Made by a program: the position numbers and the translations under genes. The notes beneath the pieces were generated by a model, which worked only from the letters and a program-made list of their open reading frames with translations, had not been told where the DNA came from and did no database searches. This document shows positions 39,567 to 49,755 of a stretch of DNA of 64,000 nt, piece by piece. The stretch comes from Pseudobdellovibrionaceae bacterium (lineage in GTDB: Bacteria; Bdellovibrionota; Bdellovibrionia; Bdellovibrionales; Bdellovibrionaceae), in NCBI GenBank assembly GCA_039810425.1, contig JBDHWW010000006.1:1-64000 (forward strand). Direction: 5' to 3'. The stretch's first letter is position 1. The number at the start of each line of letters is the position of its first letter.

Positions 39567-39582
39567 TGGACCCATGTTTGCA
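39567..39582 (+). promoter_or_regulatory. sigma54-type (-24/-12) promoter
   Basis: TGGACCCATGTTTGCA = GG-N10-GC, ending 25 nt before ATG 39608. Confidence 0.5.
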
Positions 39583-39607
39583 TTGATGTTCAAGCATGGG
39601 GGAAGTC

Positions 39608-40585
39608 ATGTTTAAGAAATTGTCTTTATTGTTCGTTGGCGCTTGTTTGATCGTTATGTTTCAAAACTGTGCGCAAAACGTAGCTTTTAAACCAGATGAC
39701 GCCTTAAGCATGGGTTCCAGCAGTGGGAATCCCAGCGCGGTGAGTCCGGAGACAACTTTTAGTGACAACGATGCTTCTCAATCCGGCCCGCCCGCGGTTT
39801 CTGAGAAAGAAAATAACGAAACATTTAAAGTGATGTTTAACAGCGAAGCAGCTCCGCTGGATATGATCTGGGTGATAGACAACTCGGGCTCTATGAGTGC
39901 CGAGGCGGCGCTCGTTCGTAGGAATTTCGATGTATTCCTGACGACTCTGAATAAAAGTACAAACTTTCGCTTGTTGCTGGTCAGTCAGCCGGGCAATTCA
40001 GGCACACTCGTTTCTATTCCCAGCAGCTTTGATCCTGCAACTCATAAGCAGATCAATCAGCGTGTGGAATCAAATAACGGACCTCAACTGCTGTTGAACC
40101 AATTAAAGATGCTCCCGGCTGGGTTCTTGCGTGAGGACTCTAAAAAGATTGTGGTATTTGTCACAGATGACAATTCCTCCCTTGGGTCCGCGTCATTCAT
40201 GAGTTCTTTGTTGGCCCAACAGAAATGGTCGGCAAAAGACGTGAGTGTTTCGTCGTTCATCGGTCTGGACAAGGCAAGCAGTCCATGTATGGACAGTGTT
40301 GGTGCGGTCTATAAGGAGCTTGCAACATCGACGGGCGGCCGTAACTACAATATTTGTCTGCAAGACTGGAGCGGGCATTTTAATGATTTGATGAATTCGT
40401 CCGTGTCTAAGGCGATTCGTCGCTTTACATTGGGCGTGGATGCCGTGAAATCCATCTCCGTAGTGAAGGTCAACGGCCTGGTTTTGGATAAGAGTGCTTA
40501 CTCGGTTTTGGGCAAGGTCGTGACTCTGGACGATGGAGTGAATTTACCTGAGAACTCGATGGTGGCAGTCGAATATAAATACTAA
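39608..40585 (+). CDS. VWA-domain lipoprotein
   Basis: FQN|C lipobox-like; MIWVIDNSGSM (DxSxS MIDAS), VFVTDD, LA..TGG. Confidence 0.85.
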   Translation: MFKKLSLLFVGACLIVMFQNCAQNVAFKPDDALSMGSSSGNPSAVSPETTFSDNDASQSGPPAVSEKENNETFKVMFNSEAAPLDMIWVIDNSGSMSAEAALVRRNFDVFLTTLNKSTNFRLLLVSQPGNSGTLVSIPSSFDPATHKQINQRVESNNGPQLLLNQLKMLPAGFLREDSKKIVVFVTDDNSSLGSASFMSSLLAQQKWSAKDVSVSSFIGLDKASSPCMDSVGAVYKELATSTGGRNYNICLQDWSGHFNDLMNSSVSKAIRRFTLGVDAVKSISVVKVNGLVLDKSAYSVLGKVVTLDDGVNLPENSMVAVEYKY

Positions 40586-40653
40586 AGCGGTCATTTATAG
40601 CCAAACCCAGTTTGGTGAACCTCGCACGCCAAACCATGGTCTGGTTTTTTAGG

Positions 40654-40680
40654 GAGACAGTCTCAACTTGAGACTGTCTC
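40654..40680. repeat. perfect 27-bp palindrome
   Basis: GAGACAGTCTCAA-C-TTGAGACTGTCTC. Confidence 0.85.
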
Positions 40681-40705
40681 AATTTTTTCTAAGGATTGCC
40701 GATAA
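40679..40705 (+). promoter_or_regulatory. sigma28 (FliA)-type promoter
   Basis: TCAA-N15-GCCGATAA, 7 nt upstream of ATG 40713. Confidence 0.65.
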
Positions 40706-40712
40706 GCACCCT

Positions 40713-41405
40713 ATGAAAAGAATCTCAAATTCTTTATTTGTCATAGTTTGTTTAAGTATCACGGTCGGCCTGTTATGGGGTTACAACGAGTTTACAAACT
40801 ACTTCAATCAAGGCAAAGAATATCAAGTTCAAGTGCATCAGTTGCGTCAGCAAGTTGAGAGAGAAGAATTTAAGAATGCCCTTTTGCAAAACCAGCTCAC
40901 AGACTTTAAACAGAGTGTTGCTGCCGTATTACCGCCAAATTCTGAAATTAAAAACGACATTGCCGGCTATGAAATGAAGAACTTCGCAAGCGCGCTGCGT
41001 GTGCCTGCGAGCGAAGCTCAGATCGATCTTTCCGGTCTCGTTTTCGAAAAGGGCAAAAAGTTTTTTAAAGAACAAAAGTACGAAAAGGCCATCAAAGAGT
41101 TCCGCAAAGTCTTGGATGAATATCCGCTGTCTCGCTACAAGGTGGAAAGTCATTTCTTTATTACGGAAGGTTACTTTTTACAAAAAGATTATAAGAACAG
41201 CTTAGACCTGATTGACCAGATGTTGCAGCAGTATCCGGATAACGACCTCACGGGCTTTGTAATGCTTCGCATGGGGCAAATCAGCGAGCTGAATAACCGC
41301 CTGGAAGAGGCTTCAGAAGTTTATAAAACTGTTCAGACACACTTTAAAAATGATCAATTGCGCGCCCAAGCCCGCAAGTTGTTTGAAGGTGTTCAGGTCG
41401 AGTAA
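40713..41405 (+). CDS. membrane-anchored coiled-coil + TPR protein (CpoB/YbgF-like architecture)
   Basis: N-terminal TM, coiled coil, TPR repeats (YEKAIKEF..V...YP.S; Y..S...I.....YP). Confidence 0.75.
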   Translation: MKRISNSLFVIVCLSITVGLLWGYNEFTNYFNQGKEYQVQVHQLRQQVEREEFKNALLQNQLTDFKQSVAAVLPPNSEIKNDIAGYEMKNFASALRVPASEAQIDLSGLVFEKGKKFFKEQKYEKAIKEFRKVLDEYPLSRYKVESHFFITEGYFLQKDYKNSLDLIDQMLQQYPDNDLTGFVMLRMGQISELNNRLEEASEVYKTVQTHFKNDQLRAQARKLFEGVQVE

Positions 41406-42151
41406 TGAAAAAAATCGCGCAGGTTTTACTTTTTGTTGCCGCTTTTCAAATGGAAGTGCGTGTGCGCGCTTCCGAGGCGACAATGACTTATCCTGAAAAT
41501 TGCCTCGGCAGAACAGTGCCTTGCTCTTTCAAAGTGACGGAAGATAAATGGTCCTTTGAAGCGGGAAATGTGAAGCTCAATGCCGCGAACGACACTATTC
41601 TGACGGCCGAGGATGTCAAATCCAAAGAATGGAAACTGGTTTCCGGAACCCTTTGGGTACAAAACGGGCCCTCTGTAAAAATCAAAACAGTTTCTGCACA
41701 GGCTGAAGGCAGCAGCGGTCAGTACTGGGTTTTTGTGCAAAAAGACGGGCGTGTGGTCTTTCGCAACATTGCCTCAAAGCTTATTGTGACTTTTAAGGAT
41801 CAGACGAAGCTTGAAATCCCGCGTGGTTTTGAAATTTGGGTCGGCAATGTGAACTCCCAAGCAAAAACTGAGCATGGCATGATTGAGCCAATCAATCTCA
41901 GGGAACATTTGAAGGTTTGGTATGGGCTCTATCCCGGAAAGCGCGCGCAGTTTGTTTCTGAAGTTCAGGATTTGAAAGATCAGTGGTCAGACCTTGTCGA
42001 GCAGAGCGGTGATATCTACAAAAAAGTGGCTGAACGCGAACTGGCGGCGTTGGATGATAAGAAGCGCGCACAGCTTGAAATTCAGCGTAAAAAAGAAGAA
42101 GAACGCCTGCGCATTCGTGCCGAATTCCATCGGCGTGTTTTTGATCAATAA
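41405..42151 (+). CDS. exported hypothetical protein (FecR-like beta region, coiled tail)
   Basis: Signal-like N-terminus; L..GTLWV; coupled to the upstream gene. Confidence 0.6.
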   Translation: MKKIAQVLLFVAAFQMEVRVRASEATMTYPENCLGRTVPCSFKVTEDKWSFEAGNVKLNAANDTILTAEDVKSKEWKLVSGTLWVQNGPSVKIKTVSAQAEGSSGQYWVFVQKDGRVVFRNIASKLIVTFKDQTKLEIPRGFEIWVGNVNSQAKTEHGMIEPINLREHLKVWYGLYPGKRAQFVSEVQDLKDQWSDLVEQSGDIYKKVAERELAALDDKKRAQLEIQRKKEEERLRIRAEFHRRVFDQ

Positions 42152-42277
42152 ATCCCGACCTTTTGCGAGTTACCAAAGTCCTGTTTTCCCCTAAAAAAAC
42201 ACCCTAAGTCCTCTCGAAAACCGCTCTGTGATAGTCTAAAAGCAGGATTTTGTAGATATTTTCAGAGGAGGACAAGC

Positions 42278-43954
42278 ATGTCCAGCATCGGCTCTTCAGA
42301 ACGTAAGCGTCAGGATGATCGCGTTCGTCAAACCCGTGAGGATTACGAAACTCGCGAAACCGAGAACCAAAAACGCCAAAAAGCGGAAATGGAGAGCCTG
42401 AATCAAAAGCATTACGCGGAAATCAACCGTTTGAACGAAGAGTTTGGTAAAGAGATGGAAGCGTTAAAGAATCACTATCGCGAAAACCTGAGCGAGCGTG
42501 ACCAGGAAAATATGCGTAAAGTGGACGAGGTTCGCAACATATACAAAGGGCAACTTCGTAAGAAAAGCGAAGAGAATGAATCCGATCGCCGCCAGATGCG
42601 CAACGCTTCTGAAGGCGCTTTGAGTAAGCAAAAATCAGTTTCAAAAATGCAACAGGATAACCTCATCGAGCGTCACCGCGATGAGATGACGGAGCAAAGT
42701 GGCAAGTTTGAAGAAATGAGCCACCGCAATCGGGAGGAGATGAAAGAAACTCTGAATCAGCATGATCAAAAGCTTAAGGGGGCCCACGAGAAAGAAATGA
42801 ATGCGACCGTCGCAGACCGTGACTTGCAATTGTCAAACAAGGACCGCGATAACAAAGAAATGCGGAAAGCTTTTGAGGGGAAACTCAATGCTGAGCGCCG
42901 TCAGCGTGAGGCTGAGGTCTCGCGCTGGAATCAGAAGTATCGGGACACCGTCGAAAACAACAACGAACAGAACGCCGACAATATGAAAACTCAAGGCATG
43001 GTATTGCGGGGCGAGCTCAGTGAACTCAACCGCAAGTACAATGATGCCATTGATAAGAAGTACCAGCAACTCGATGATTCCAATCAAGAGCTGCGCGATT
43101 CCGTAAATGACCGGCTCAACGGTCAGGTGCGGTCCAAGCAGAGCCAGGTGGATCGTTTGAGCAGCAAGCTCAATCATGAAATGATCAATAACGAGCGTTT
43201 GAGAAATATCGAGCGTCGTGATCTTGAAAACAGATTTTCCGAGCAGACCAAGATTCTCGAGAACCAAAAAGAAGGGGCTCTGGAAAACATGAAAGACGTT
43301 AATAAAAAGCGCATCGGTCAAATGGTAGATCAGACCAATAAGACTTTGCGTGAATCTAATCGCGAGCATCGCGGCGAAATGGATATGCTCACGCAAAGAA
43401 ATCGCCAGGACCGCGAATTTCTTATGCAGCAGCACAAAGACAGTGTGAACCTGGTCACTGACAATGCCGAGGAGCGCGTAAAGAAAATCACGAAAGTGGC
43501 AAGAGACAATCAAGAGGCCTATAGCAACTATTTCGACAACTCTCTGGACCAGATGAAGGATAATTTTGCCGACCGAATCGAGGGCCAACGGGACAAAAAC
43601 ACCGATGATATGGTCCGATTAAATAAAGCGATGGGCGATCGTTTCCGTGGTATGGAGAGAGGGTATAACCAGAAAGTGGATACTCTGACCGCGAACTATG
43701 AGAATAAAATCAATCAGATGAAAGAAAATCATGAGAAAGAACTCAAACGCATTGAGAATTACTATGCCCAGCGTTTAGACAATAAAAATAAAGAACAAAA
43801 GCAGACGATGAGTTCATTGGAGATGAAATATGAAGCAAAGCTGGCGCAAAACAACGATGCTCACCAGGATCAACTCGATAGAATGAATAGACGTCATCAG
43901 GAAGATATGCAAAACTTGTCCACGAGAATGAGTAACTACAGCAAGAAGGCATAA
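42278..43954 (+). CDS. highly charged long coiled-coil protein
   Basis: GAGGAGG RBS; 558 aa rich in E/K/R/N/Q. Confidence 0.8.
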   Translation: MSSIGSSERKRQDDRVRQTREDYETRETENQKRQKAEMESLNQKHYAEINRLNEEFGKEMEALKNHYRENLSERDQENMRKVDEVRNIYKGQLRKKSEENESDRRQMRNASEGALSKQKSVSKMQQDNLIERHRDEMTEQSGKFEEMSHRNREEMKETLNQHDQKLKGAHEKEMNATVADRDLQLSNKDRDNKEMRKAFEGKLNAERRQREAEVSRWNQKYRDTVENNNEQNADNMKTQGMVLRGELSELNRKYNDAIDKKYQQLDDSNQELRDSVNDRLNGQVRSKQSQVDRLSSKLNHEMINNERLRNIERRDLENRFSEQTKILENQKEGALENMKDVNKKRIGQMVDQTNKTLRESNREHRGEMDMLTQRNRQDREFLMQQHKDSVNLVTDNAEERVKKITKVARDNQEAYSNYFDNSLDQMKDNFADRIEGQRDKNTDDMVRLNKAMGDRFRGMERGYNQKVDTLTANYENKINQMKENHEKELKRIENYYAQRLDNKNKEQKQTMSSLEMKYEAKLAQNNDAHQDQLDRMNRRHQEDMQNLSTRMSNYSKKA

Positions 43955-43959
43955 GTTTC

Positions 43960-45447
43960 ATGTTAGCAGATCGCAGAGCTAAGATCGTTGCAACCATCGG
44001 CCCATCCACTCGCGATGAGGCTTCTCTTGAAAAAGCAATCAAAGCCGGGCTTAATGTGGCCCGGCTTAATTTCAGCCATGGCAGCCATGAGGATCACCTC
44101 AAAGTGATTCACACGGTTCGCAAACTTTCCCGCGAACTCCGGGCGCCGGTGACAATCCTGCAAGACTTGCAGGGTCCTAAAATCCGCGTGGGGAAATTTG
44201 AAAAGGGCGCTATTCCGCTAAAAAAAGGCGACAAGCTCGTTGTCACTACAGACAATGTTTTGGGGCGTGAAGGTCTTATCCCGAGTGATTTTAAAGAACT
44301 TCCTCAGTCTGTGCAGGCGGGCACCAAAATCCTTTTGGATGATGGCTTGCTGGAACTGATGGTTTTGCAAGTTCGTGGCAATGAAGTGGATGTCGAAGTG
44401 GTCTTTGGTGGTGTTTTGAAAGACCGTAAAGGGATGAATCTTCCGGGAGCGAATCTCCCGGTCGACTGCATGACGGCAAAGGATTTGGAAGATCTCGAAT
44501 TTGGTCTTGCGAATGGCGTTGACTATGTCGCTCTGAGTTTCGTTCGTCATCCACGGGATATTCGCAAGCTGCGTGAAATTATTGAAAGCAAGAAGTCGCC
44601 GGCAAGAATTTGCGCCAAGATTGAAATGGTAGAAGCTCTCGATAATCTCGAAGAGATTGCTCGCCTCAGTGACGCGATCATGGTGGCGCGCGGGGACTTG
44701 GCTGTTGAAGTTGGCCAAACGCTGTTGCCTGGTATTCAAAAGAAAATCATCACTCTTTGTAATCAACTCAGAAAACCTGTTATTACAGCGACTCAAATGT
44801 TGGATAGTATGGTTGAAAATCCTCGTCCGACGAGAGCAGAAATCACGGATGTCGCGAATGCCGTGCTGGATGGGTCGGATGCTCTGATGCTTTCGGCGGA
44901 GTCGGCAAGCGGTAGACATCCGTTCCTGGCGATCCGGACTATGCATGACATTATTGTTGAGGTGGAGCGTACGGAAGAGAAGTACTATAAGATCTCACTT
45001 GAAAACGAATTCCTAAGTCCTCCGGCGGCGATTGCCGCGAGTGCGAGCTTGTCAGCGCTAAAGCTGAATGCGCAAGCGATTGTATGTCTTACGACGACCG
45101 GGAAGACGGCAAATATTATTGCCAGCTATCGCCCCAAGGCGCGCATTATCGCAGTCACAGACCGTATGGATGTGTTGAATACCCTGGAACTGACTTGGGG
45201 CATTCAAACGCTGACTCTGAAGCCTTACAAGACAATGGAAGATATCCTTGATCAGGTGGACAGCCTCCTTGTGAGGAATGGCTTGGCCAAGACCGGAGAT
45301 CGCGTGATCTTTACTCTCGGTCAGCCGATTTCAGACGCCGCAAAGACGAATGCTCTCTTCTTGCATATTGTGGGTGCTGAAAATCAAGTGCGCGCGAAGG
45401 ATGATGAGCTGCCACTCCGTTGCCAGGCGGATCCAAATATTCAGTAA
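43960..45447 (+). CDS. pyk: pyruvate kinase
   Basis: KIVATIGP, ARLNFSHG, DLQGPKIR, AKIE, MVARGDL, ATQMLDSM..NPRPTRAE. Confidence 0.98.
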   Translation: MLADRRAKIVATIGPSTRDEASLEKAIKAGLNVARLNFSHGSHEDHLKVIHTVRKLSRELRAPVTILQDLQGPKIRVGKFEKGAIPLKKGDKLVVTTDNVLGREGLIPSDFKELPQSVQAGTKILLDDGLLELMVLQVRGNEVDVEVVFGGVLKDRKGMNLPGANLPVDCMTAKDLEDLEFGLANGVDYVALSFVRHPRDIRKLREIIESKKSPARICAKIEMVEALDNLEEIARLSDAIMVARGDLAVEVGQTLLPGIQKKIITLCNQLRKPVITATQMLDSMVENPRPTRAEITDVANAVLDGSDALMLSAESASGRHPFLAIRTMHDIIVEVERTEEKYYKISLENEFLSPPAAIAASASLSALKLNAQAIVCLTTTGKTANIIASYRPKARIIAVTDRMDVLNTLELTWGIQTLTLKPYKTMEDILDQVDSLLVRNGLAKTGDRVIFTLGQPISDAAKTNALFLHIVGAENQVRAKDDELPLRCQADPNIQ

Positions 45448-45452
45448 AAAAC

Positions 45453-46433
45453 CTAGCGAAGATGTTTTTTCAGGTTATTAATCAGGCCCCAGTTCTTGAC
45501 TATTTTTGAAACTTCAGCCGGATTCACGTTAATAAAAATGCCGGACTCTTCCATGATTTTTTCTGAAACAAGTTTCTTCTCGATAGCGGGATTAAGTTCT
45601 TCAACGCGGATCAGGCGGCCAAGGTCTTTCATCGAATCATTCTGGATGTCGTTCACATTCACTTTGTGAAAACCTTTCGCGTCCGGTTGAACTTTCTCGG
45701 CAAAGTGAAGGATACCATCCATGATTTTGCACTCTTCATCCCTCAGGGAAATCTTTTCTTTGTCAGAGCTAAAGAGCCACTCCGTGTACCAGTCAACGAA
45801 CTCAAACAGGTAGTCTGGTTGAAGATTGATCATCTTCTGGCGGCCTTCACCGAGATCTTCAATCGTCATGTAGCCCAGTGTTTTCAAAGCGGCTGTCATG
45901 CTATTCATCTTGTTCGTTGCTTCTTGGAAAACTTGAATCGTATAACGGCGTAAAACGCCTGCGGGAACGGAAACGCCGCCCTCTTCAGGTTTGCCGTATT
46001 TGTGACCCACAAGATTAATCAGGGACAAAAGTTTTGTCACCGTGTGAGGTGGGAAACGATCTTCTTCTTGGCCCGCGGGGTTCTCGAGCATTTTGATTTT
46101 CTTATTTGCTTCGCGCAGATTTTCGTTCATGGTTCGCATGATCGCCTTGACCCAAACAGGCAGGGAATCCATTTGTGAGTTGAGGCCCTCGTAAGGAAGA
46201 GAAATAACTTCGGAATCTTTCATCGCTTTGACATTCGCACTGCGCGGCTTTTTGTCAAAGATCGCCATTTCGCCGACCATGGAGCCTGGACCGATTTCCG
46301 CAAGAATAACCTCGGAAGTTCCTTTGGTTTTGGTGACGGCTAACATCCCGGACTTAACAATGTACATTGCATCCGGCGCATCTCCTTCGCGGAATAAGTA
46401 GGTATCTTTTGCGACTTTTTTGCCGTCAGCCAC
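45453..46433 (-). CDS. cyclic-nucleotide-binding (Crp/Fnr-like) domain protein
   Basis: LFREGD...MYIVKSG, GEMAIFDKKPRSANV. Confidence 0.88.
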   Translation of the reverse strand: MADGKKVAKDTYLFREGDAPDAMYIVKSGMLAVTKTKGTSEVILAEIGPGSMVGEMAIFDKKPRSANVKAMKDSEVISLPYEGLNSQMDSLPVWVKAIMRTMNENLREANKKIKMLENPAGQEEDRFPPHTVTKLLSLINLVGHKYGKPEEGGVSVPAGVLRRYTIQVFQEATNKMNSMTAALKTLGYMTIEDLGEGRQKMINLQPDYLFEFVDWYTEWLFSSDKEKISLRDEECKIMDGILHFAEKVQPDAKGFHKVNVNDIQNDSMKDLGRLIRVEELNPAIEKKLVSEKIMEESGIFINVNPAEVSKIVKNWGLINNLKKHLR

Positions 46434-46613
46434 GATCTTCCCCTCGCTAAAACTCTTTCCATAAGTATGACTTTAATCGATTCACCCGGCAAATAGACCT
46501 CGACCATAGGCTCGTGATTCGAGGAGGTGTTTCGTGTGCGTGTGTTTAATTTCGCAATATTTCGTCATAGGCCGCGTAACAACGTTCACTATGTTGGATG
46601 GTGGAGGTTCTCT

Positions 46614-46844
46614 ATGAAAACAGTTATGGCTATTTTGTTATTGCCGATCGTGGCTCTTTGGAGTTTTGTTGCTGGGGCTGAACAGCGTCCGGATAGGTCC
46701 ACGGCAATGGGGGTGGCGATTGTTGCTGACCATGCAGGTCAGTGCCCTTATGGCTATAAGGAGGTGCCGACTTATAAGTGGGATAAATCGGCACATCGCT
46801 GGGTGTATGTGGGTTACACTTGCTATCCCTCGGGTGGGTACTAG
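46614..46844 (+). CDS. small exported protein with two Cys
   Basis: GGAGG RBS; signal peptide; CPYGY...YTC. Confidence 0.6.
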   Translation: MKTVMAILLLPIVALWSFVAGAEQRPDRSTAMGVAIVADHAGQCPYGYKEVPTYKWDKSAHRWVYVGYTCYPSGGY

Positions 46845-46863
46845 ACGTCGGTATTTTTTTGCT

Positions 46864-47085
46864 TCATAGGCCCTCGAGAGCCGAAGCTATTCGCCTTTGT
46901 AATAGCGAATCTCGGTTGATGATGCGTTCTTTGAAGCTGCGGCCCACGGGATTAATAAAAAAGTTAAAGGCAGTGAGGGTTGTAGCTGTCTCGTAGATTT
47001 CGGTGCACTCCTTGGCCGTTGGCGTGTTGCAAATTGTGGAGCTCGCCAACGCGAAGGCGTCGCTGGCGGTATTGACTGGTTGCAT
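46864..47085 (-). CDS. possible small hypothetical protein
   Basis: 73-aa ORF following scoB in the same direction. Confidence 0.3.
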   Translation of the reverse strand: MQPVNTASDAFALASSTICNTPTAKECTEIYETATTLTAFNFFINPVGRSFKERIINRDSLLQRRIASALEGL

Positions 47086-47107
47086 CCGAAAAAGGTACGG
47101 CGTACCC

Positions 47108-47764
47108 TCAGAACTTCATGGGTTTGCAGTCGGGGGCGATGGTCATCTTGCCTTCGGTGGCGGCAAGGACTTTCTCGGGAGTTAAATCTGGAGCGTACTC
47201 GCGTAAAACGAAGCCGTTCGGAGTGACGTCGATCACGCCGAAATCAGAAACGATTTTCTTAATGCAGTTTACACCCGTTAAAGGCAGCGTGCACTTCGTG
47301 CGAAGTTTGGAGTTACCTTCTTTGTCGGTGTGTTGCATAGCCACGATCACGTTTTTTGCGCCTGCAACGAGATCCATCGCGCCGCCCATGCCTTTGATCA
47401 TTTTGCCTGGAACCATCCAGTTGGCGATACTGCCAGTCTCGTCGACTTCCATGGCGCCAAGAACGGTTAAGTTCACGTGGCCACCGCGGATCATAGCAAA
47501 GCTGTCCGCCGAGCTAAAATAACTCGCACCAGGGGCTGCTGTGACGGTTTGTTTTCCGGCGTTGATAAGATCTGGATCGATTTCACTTTCAAGTGGGAAC
47601 GGACCCATACCAAGAAGGCCGTTTTCACTCTGTAACATAACGGATTTTGTTGGCGGAATAAAGTTCGCCACCAATGTCGGGATGCCGATGCCGAGATTTA
47701 CGGTGTAACCATCTTCCACTTCTTGAGCGATACGCTGAGCGATTTGATCACGATTTAATGGCAT
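47108..47764 (-). CDS. scoB: 3-oxoacid CoA-transferase subunit B
   Basis: VNLGIGIPT, SENG (catalytic Glu), MIRGGH, KGMGGAMDLV. Confidence 0.93.
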   Translation of the reverse strand: MPLNRDQIAQRIAQEVEDGYTVNLGIGIPTLVANFIPPTKSVMLQSENGLLGMGPFPLESEIDPDLINAGKQTVTAAPGASYFSSADSFAMIRGGHVNLTVLGAMEVDETGSIANWMVPGKMIKGMGGAMDLVAGAKNVIVAMQHTDKEGNSKLRTKCTLPLTGVNCIKKIVSDFGVIDVTPNGFVLREYAPDLTPEKVLAATEGKMTIAPDCKPMKF

Positions 47765-47768
47765 GATA

Positions 47769-48470
47769 TTATCCCTTTCTCACGGTCTTTTGTTCGATGC
47801 GTTTTTCGTAGCCTTTTCCTTGGAAAATGCGCTGAACGAAAACACCCGGCGTGTGAATTTGATCTGGATCCAATTCGCCCACCTCAACAAGCTCTTCAAC
47901 TTCTGCGACAGTGATTTTGCCCGCAGTTGCAGCCATCGGATTAAAGTTGCGAGCGGTTTTGCGGAAGATCAAATTACCGAACTTGTCGCCTTTCCAAGCT
48001 TTCACAAGAGCAAAGTCACCCACGATACCGCGTTCAAGCACGTAGTCACGGCCGTCGAAGTTTTTAATTTCTTTGCCTTCAGCGACCAAAGTGCCCACGC
48101 CGGTTGGTGTGTAGAATCCGGCGATGCCGGCGCCGCCCGCGCGGATGCGCTCAGCCAGTGTGCCTTGCGGGCAGAATTCCAACTCAAGCTCGCCCTTCAT
48201 AAATTGTTTTTCAAACGTCGCGTTTTCACCCACGTAAGAAGAAATCATTTTTTTGATCTGATGAGTGTGCAAAAGGATGCCCAGGCCAAAATCATCTACA
48301 CCCGCGTTGTTAGAAACGCAGGTCAGGCCTTTCACGCCAAGCTCTTTAAGCGCCTGGATGCTATTTTCTGGAATACCACAAAGACCAAAACCCCCAACGA
48401 CGAGGGTCATGTTGTCTTTGATGCCTTCAAGGGCTGACTTGGCGTCAGCGTAGACTTTGCTCTTAGACAT
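47769..48470 (-). CDS. scoA: 3-oxoacid CoA-transferase subunit A
   Basis: [38 protein letters not shown]. Confidence 0.93.
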   Translation of the reverse strand: MSKSKVYADAKSALEGIKDNMTLVVGGFGLCGIPENSIQALKELGVKGLTCVSNNAGVDDFGLGILLHTHQIKKMISSYVGENATFEKQFMKGELELEFCPQGTLAERIRAGGAGIAGFYTPTGVGTLVAEGKEIKNFDGRDYVLERGIVGDFALVKAWKGDKFGNLIFRKTARNFNPMAATAGKITVAEVEELVEVGELDPDQIHTPGVFVQRIFQGKGYEKRIEQKTVRKG

Positions 48471-48475
48471 GATGA

Positions 48476-49651
48476 CTATACTTTCTCTACGATGACAGCG
48501 ACTGCTTCGCCGCCACCGATGCACAAGGTAGCTAGACCGTAACGTTTGTTTTTAGAGTGAAGTGCATGCACCAAAGTAGTCATGATACGGGCACCGCTGG
48601 CGCCGATCGGGTGGCCGATGGCGACCGCGCCGCCATAGACGTTCACTTTTTCAGCGGGGATTTCAAGTTCTTTCATCGCCACTTGTGTCACCACAGCAAA
48701 GGCTTCGTTGATCTCCCAAAGATCAATCTCGGCCATTTTCAAGTGGGCGTTTTGCAATGCTTTTTTGATCGCACCAACAGGCGCGGTTGTGAAGTACTTG
48801 GGGTCTTGGGCGAACGTCGCTTGGGCAACAATTTTCGCCAGCGGTTTTGCGCCACGAGCTTTCGCCGTGCTTTCAGTCATCAAGACCAAAGCGGCAGCGC
48901 CATCGTTGATTTTAGAAGCATTGGCCGCCGTGATCGTGCCATCTTTTTCAAATGCCGGGCGAAGGCCAGGGATTTTATCGAAGTTCGTGTTGAACGGCTC
49001 TTCATCTTTATCGACAGTCACAGCACCTTTTTTAGATTCGATGGTCACTGGAGCAATTTCATTTTTGAAAATGCCGGCGTTGATCGCAGCTTGAGCTTTT
49101 TTGTAAGAGTCGATAGCAAACGCATCTTGTTGTTCGCGTGTGAAATGATTTTCTTTCACGCAGATTTCAGCCGCACTTCCCATGTGGAAGTTGTTGTAGG
49201 GATCCCAAAGACCATCTTTGATCATAGAGTCAACCATCGTCGCAGGCCCCATGCGGTAACCAGAACGTGAATTTTCAAGCAAGTGTGGCGCCATAGACAT
49301 GTTTTCTTGGCCACCAGCAACGGCGATTTTGGTGTGACCCAATTGCAAAGAGTCCGCAGCCAGCATTATCGCTTTCAGGCCTGAACCACAAACTTTATTG
49401 ATCGTCATGCACGGAGTGGAGTTTTTAAGACCCGCAAATAAAGCCGCTTGACGAGCCGGAGCCTGGCCAACCCCCGCAGTGAGAACTTCACCCATGATGC
49501 ACTCATCGATTTCGTCCGGAGAAACTTTAGCGCGGTTCAATGCTTCCTTGATGGCGATGGCGCCCAATTTTGGGGCAGGCAACGTGCTCAAAGCTCCTTG
49601 AAAAGAGGCTACTGGTGTACGCACGGCGCTAACAATCACAACGTTTTCCAT
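48476..49651 (-). CDS. atoB: acetyl-CoA C-acetyltransferase (thiolase)
   Basis: [26 protein letters not shown]. Confidence 0.95.
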   Translation of the reverse strand: MENVVIVSAVRTPVASFQGALSTLPAPKLGAIAIKEALNRAKVSPDEIDECIMGEVLTAGVGQAPARQAALFAGLKNSTPCMTINKVCGSGLKAIMLAADSLQLGHTKIAVAGGQENMSMAPHLLENSRSGYRMGPATMVDSMIKDGLWDPYNNFHMGSAAEICVKENHFTREQQDAFAIDSYKKAQAAINAGIFKNEIAPVTIESKKGAVTVDKDEEPFNTNFDKIPGLRPAFEKDGTITAANASKINDGAAALVLMTESTAKARGAKPLAKIVAQATFAQDPKYFTTAPVGAIKKALQNAHLKMAEIDLWEINEAFAVVTQVAMKELEIPAEKVNVYGGAVAIGHPIGASGARIMTTLVHALHSKNKRYGLATLCIGGGEAVAVIVEKV

Positions 49652-49755
49652 AAATTCTCCTTTATTTGAAAGAAACTGTAGCTAGAACCCGACCAATCTT
49701 TTATATTTTCGAGAGAGAGTCAAATAGACGCTCATAGATTAAACGGAGTGACACA

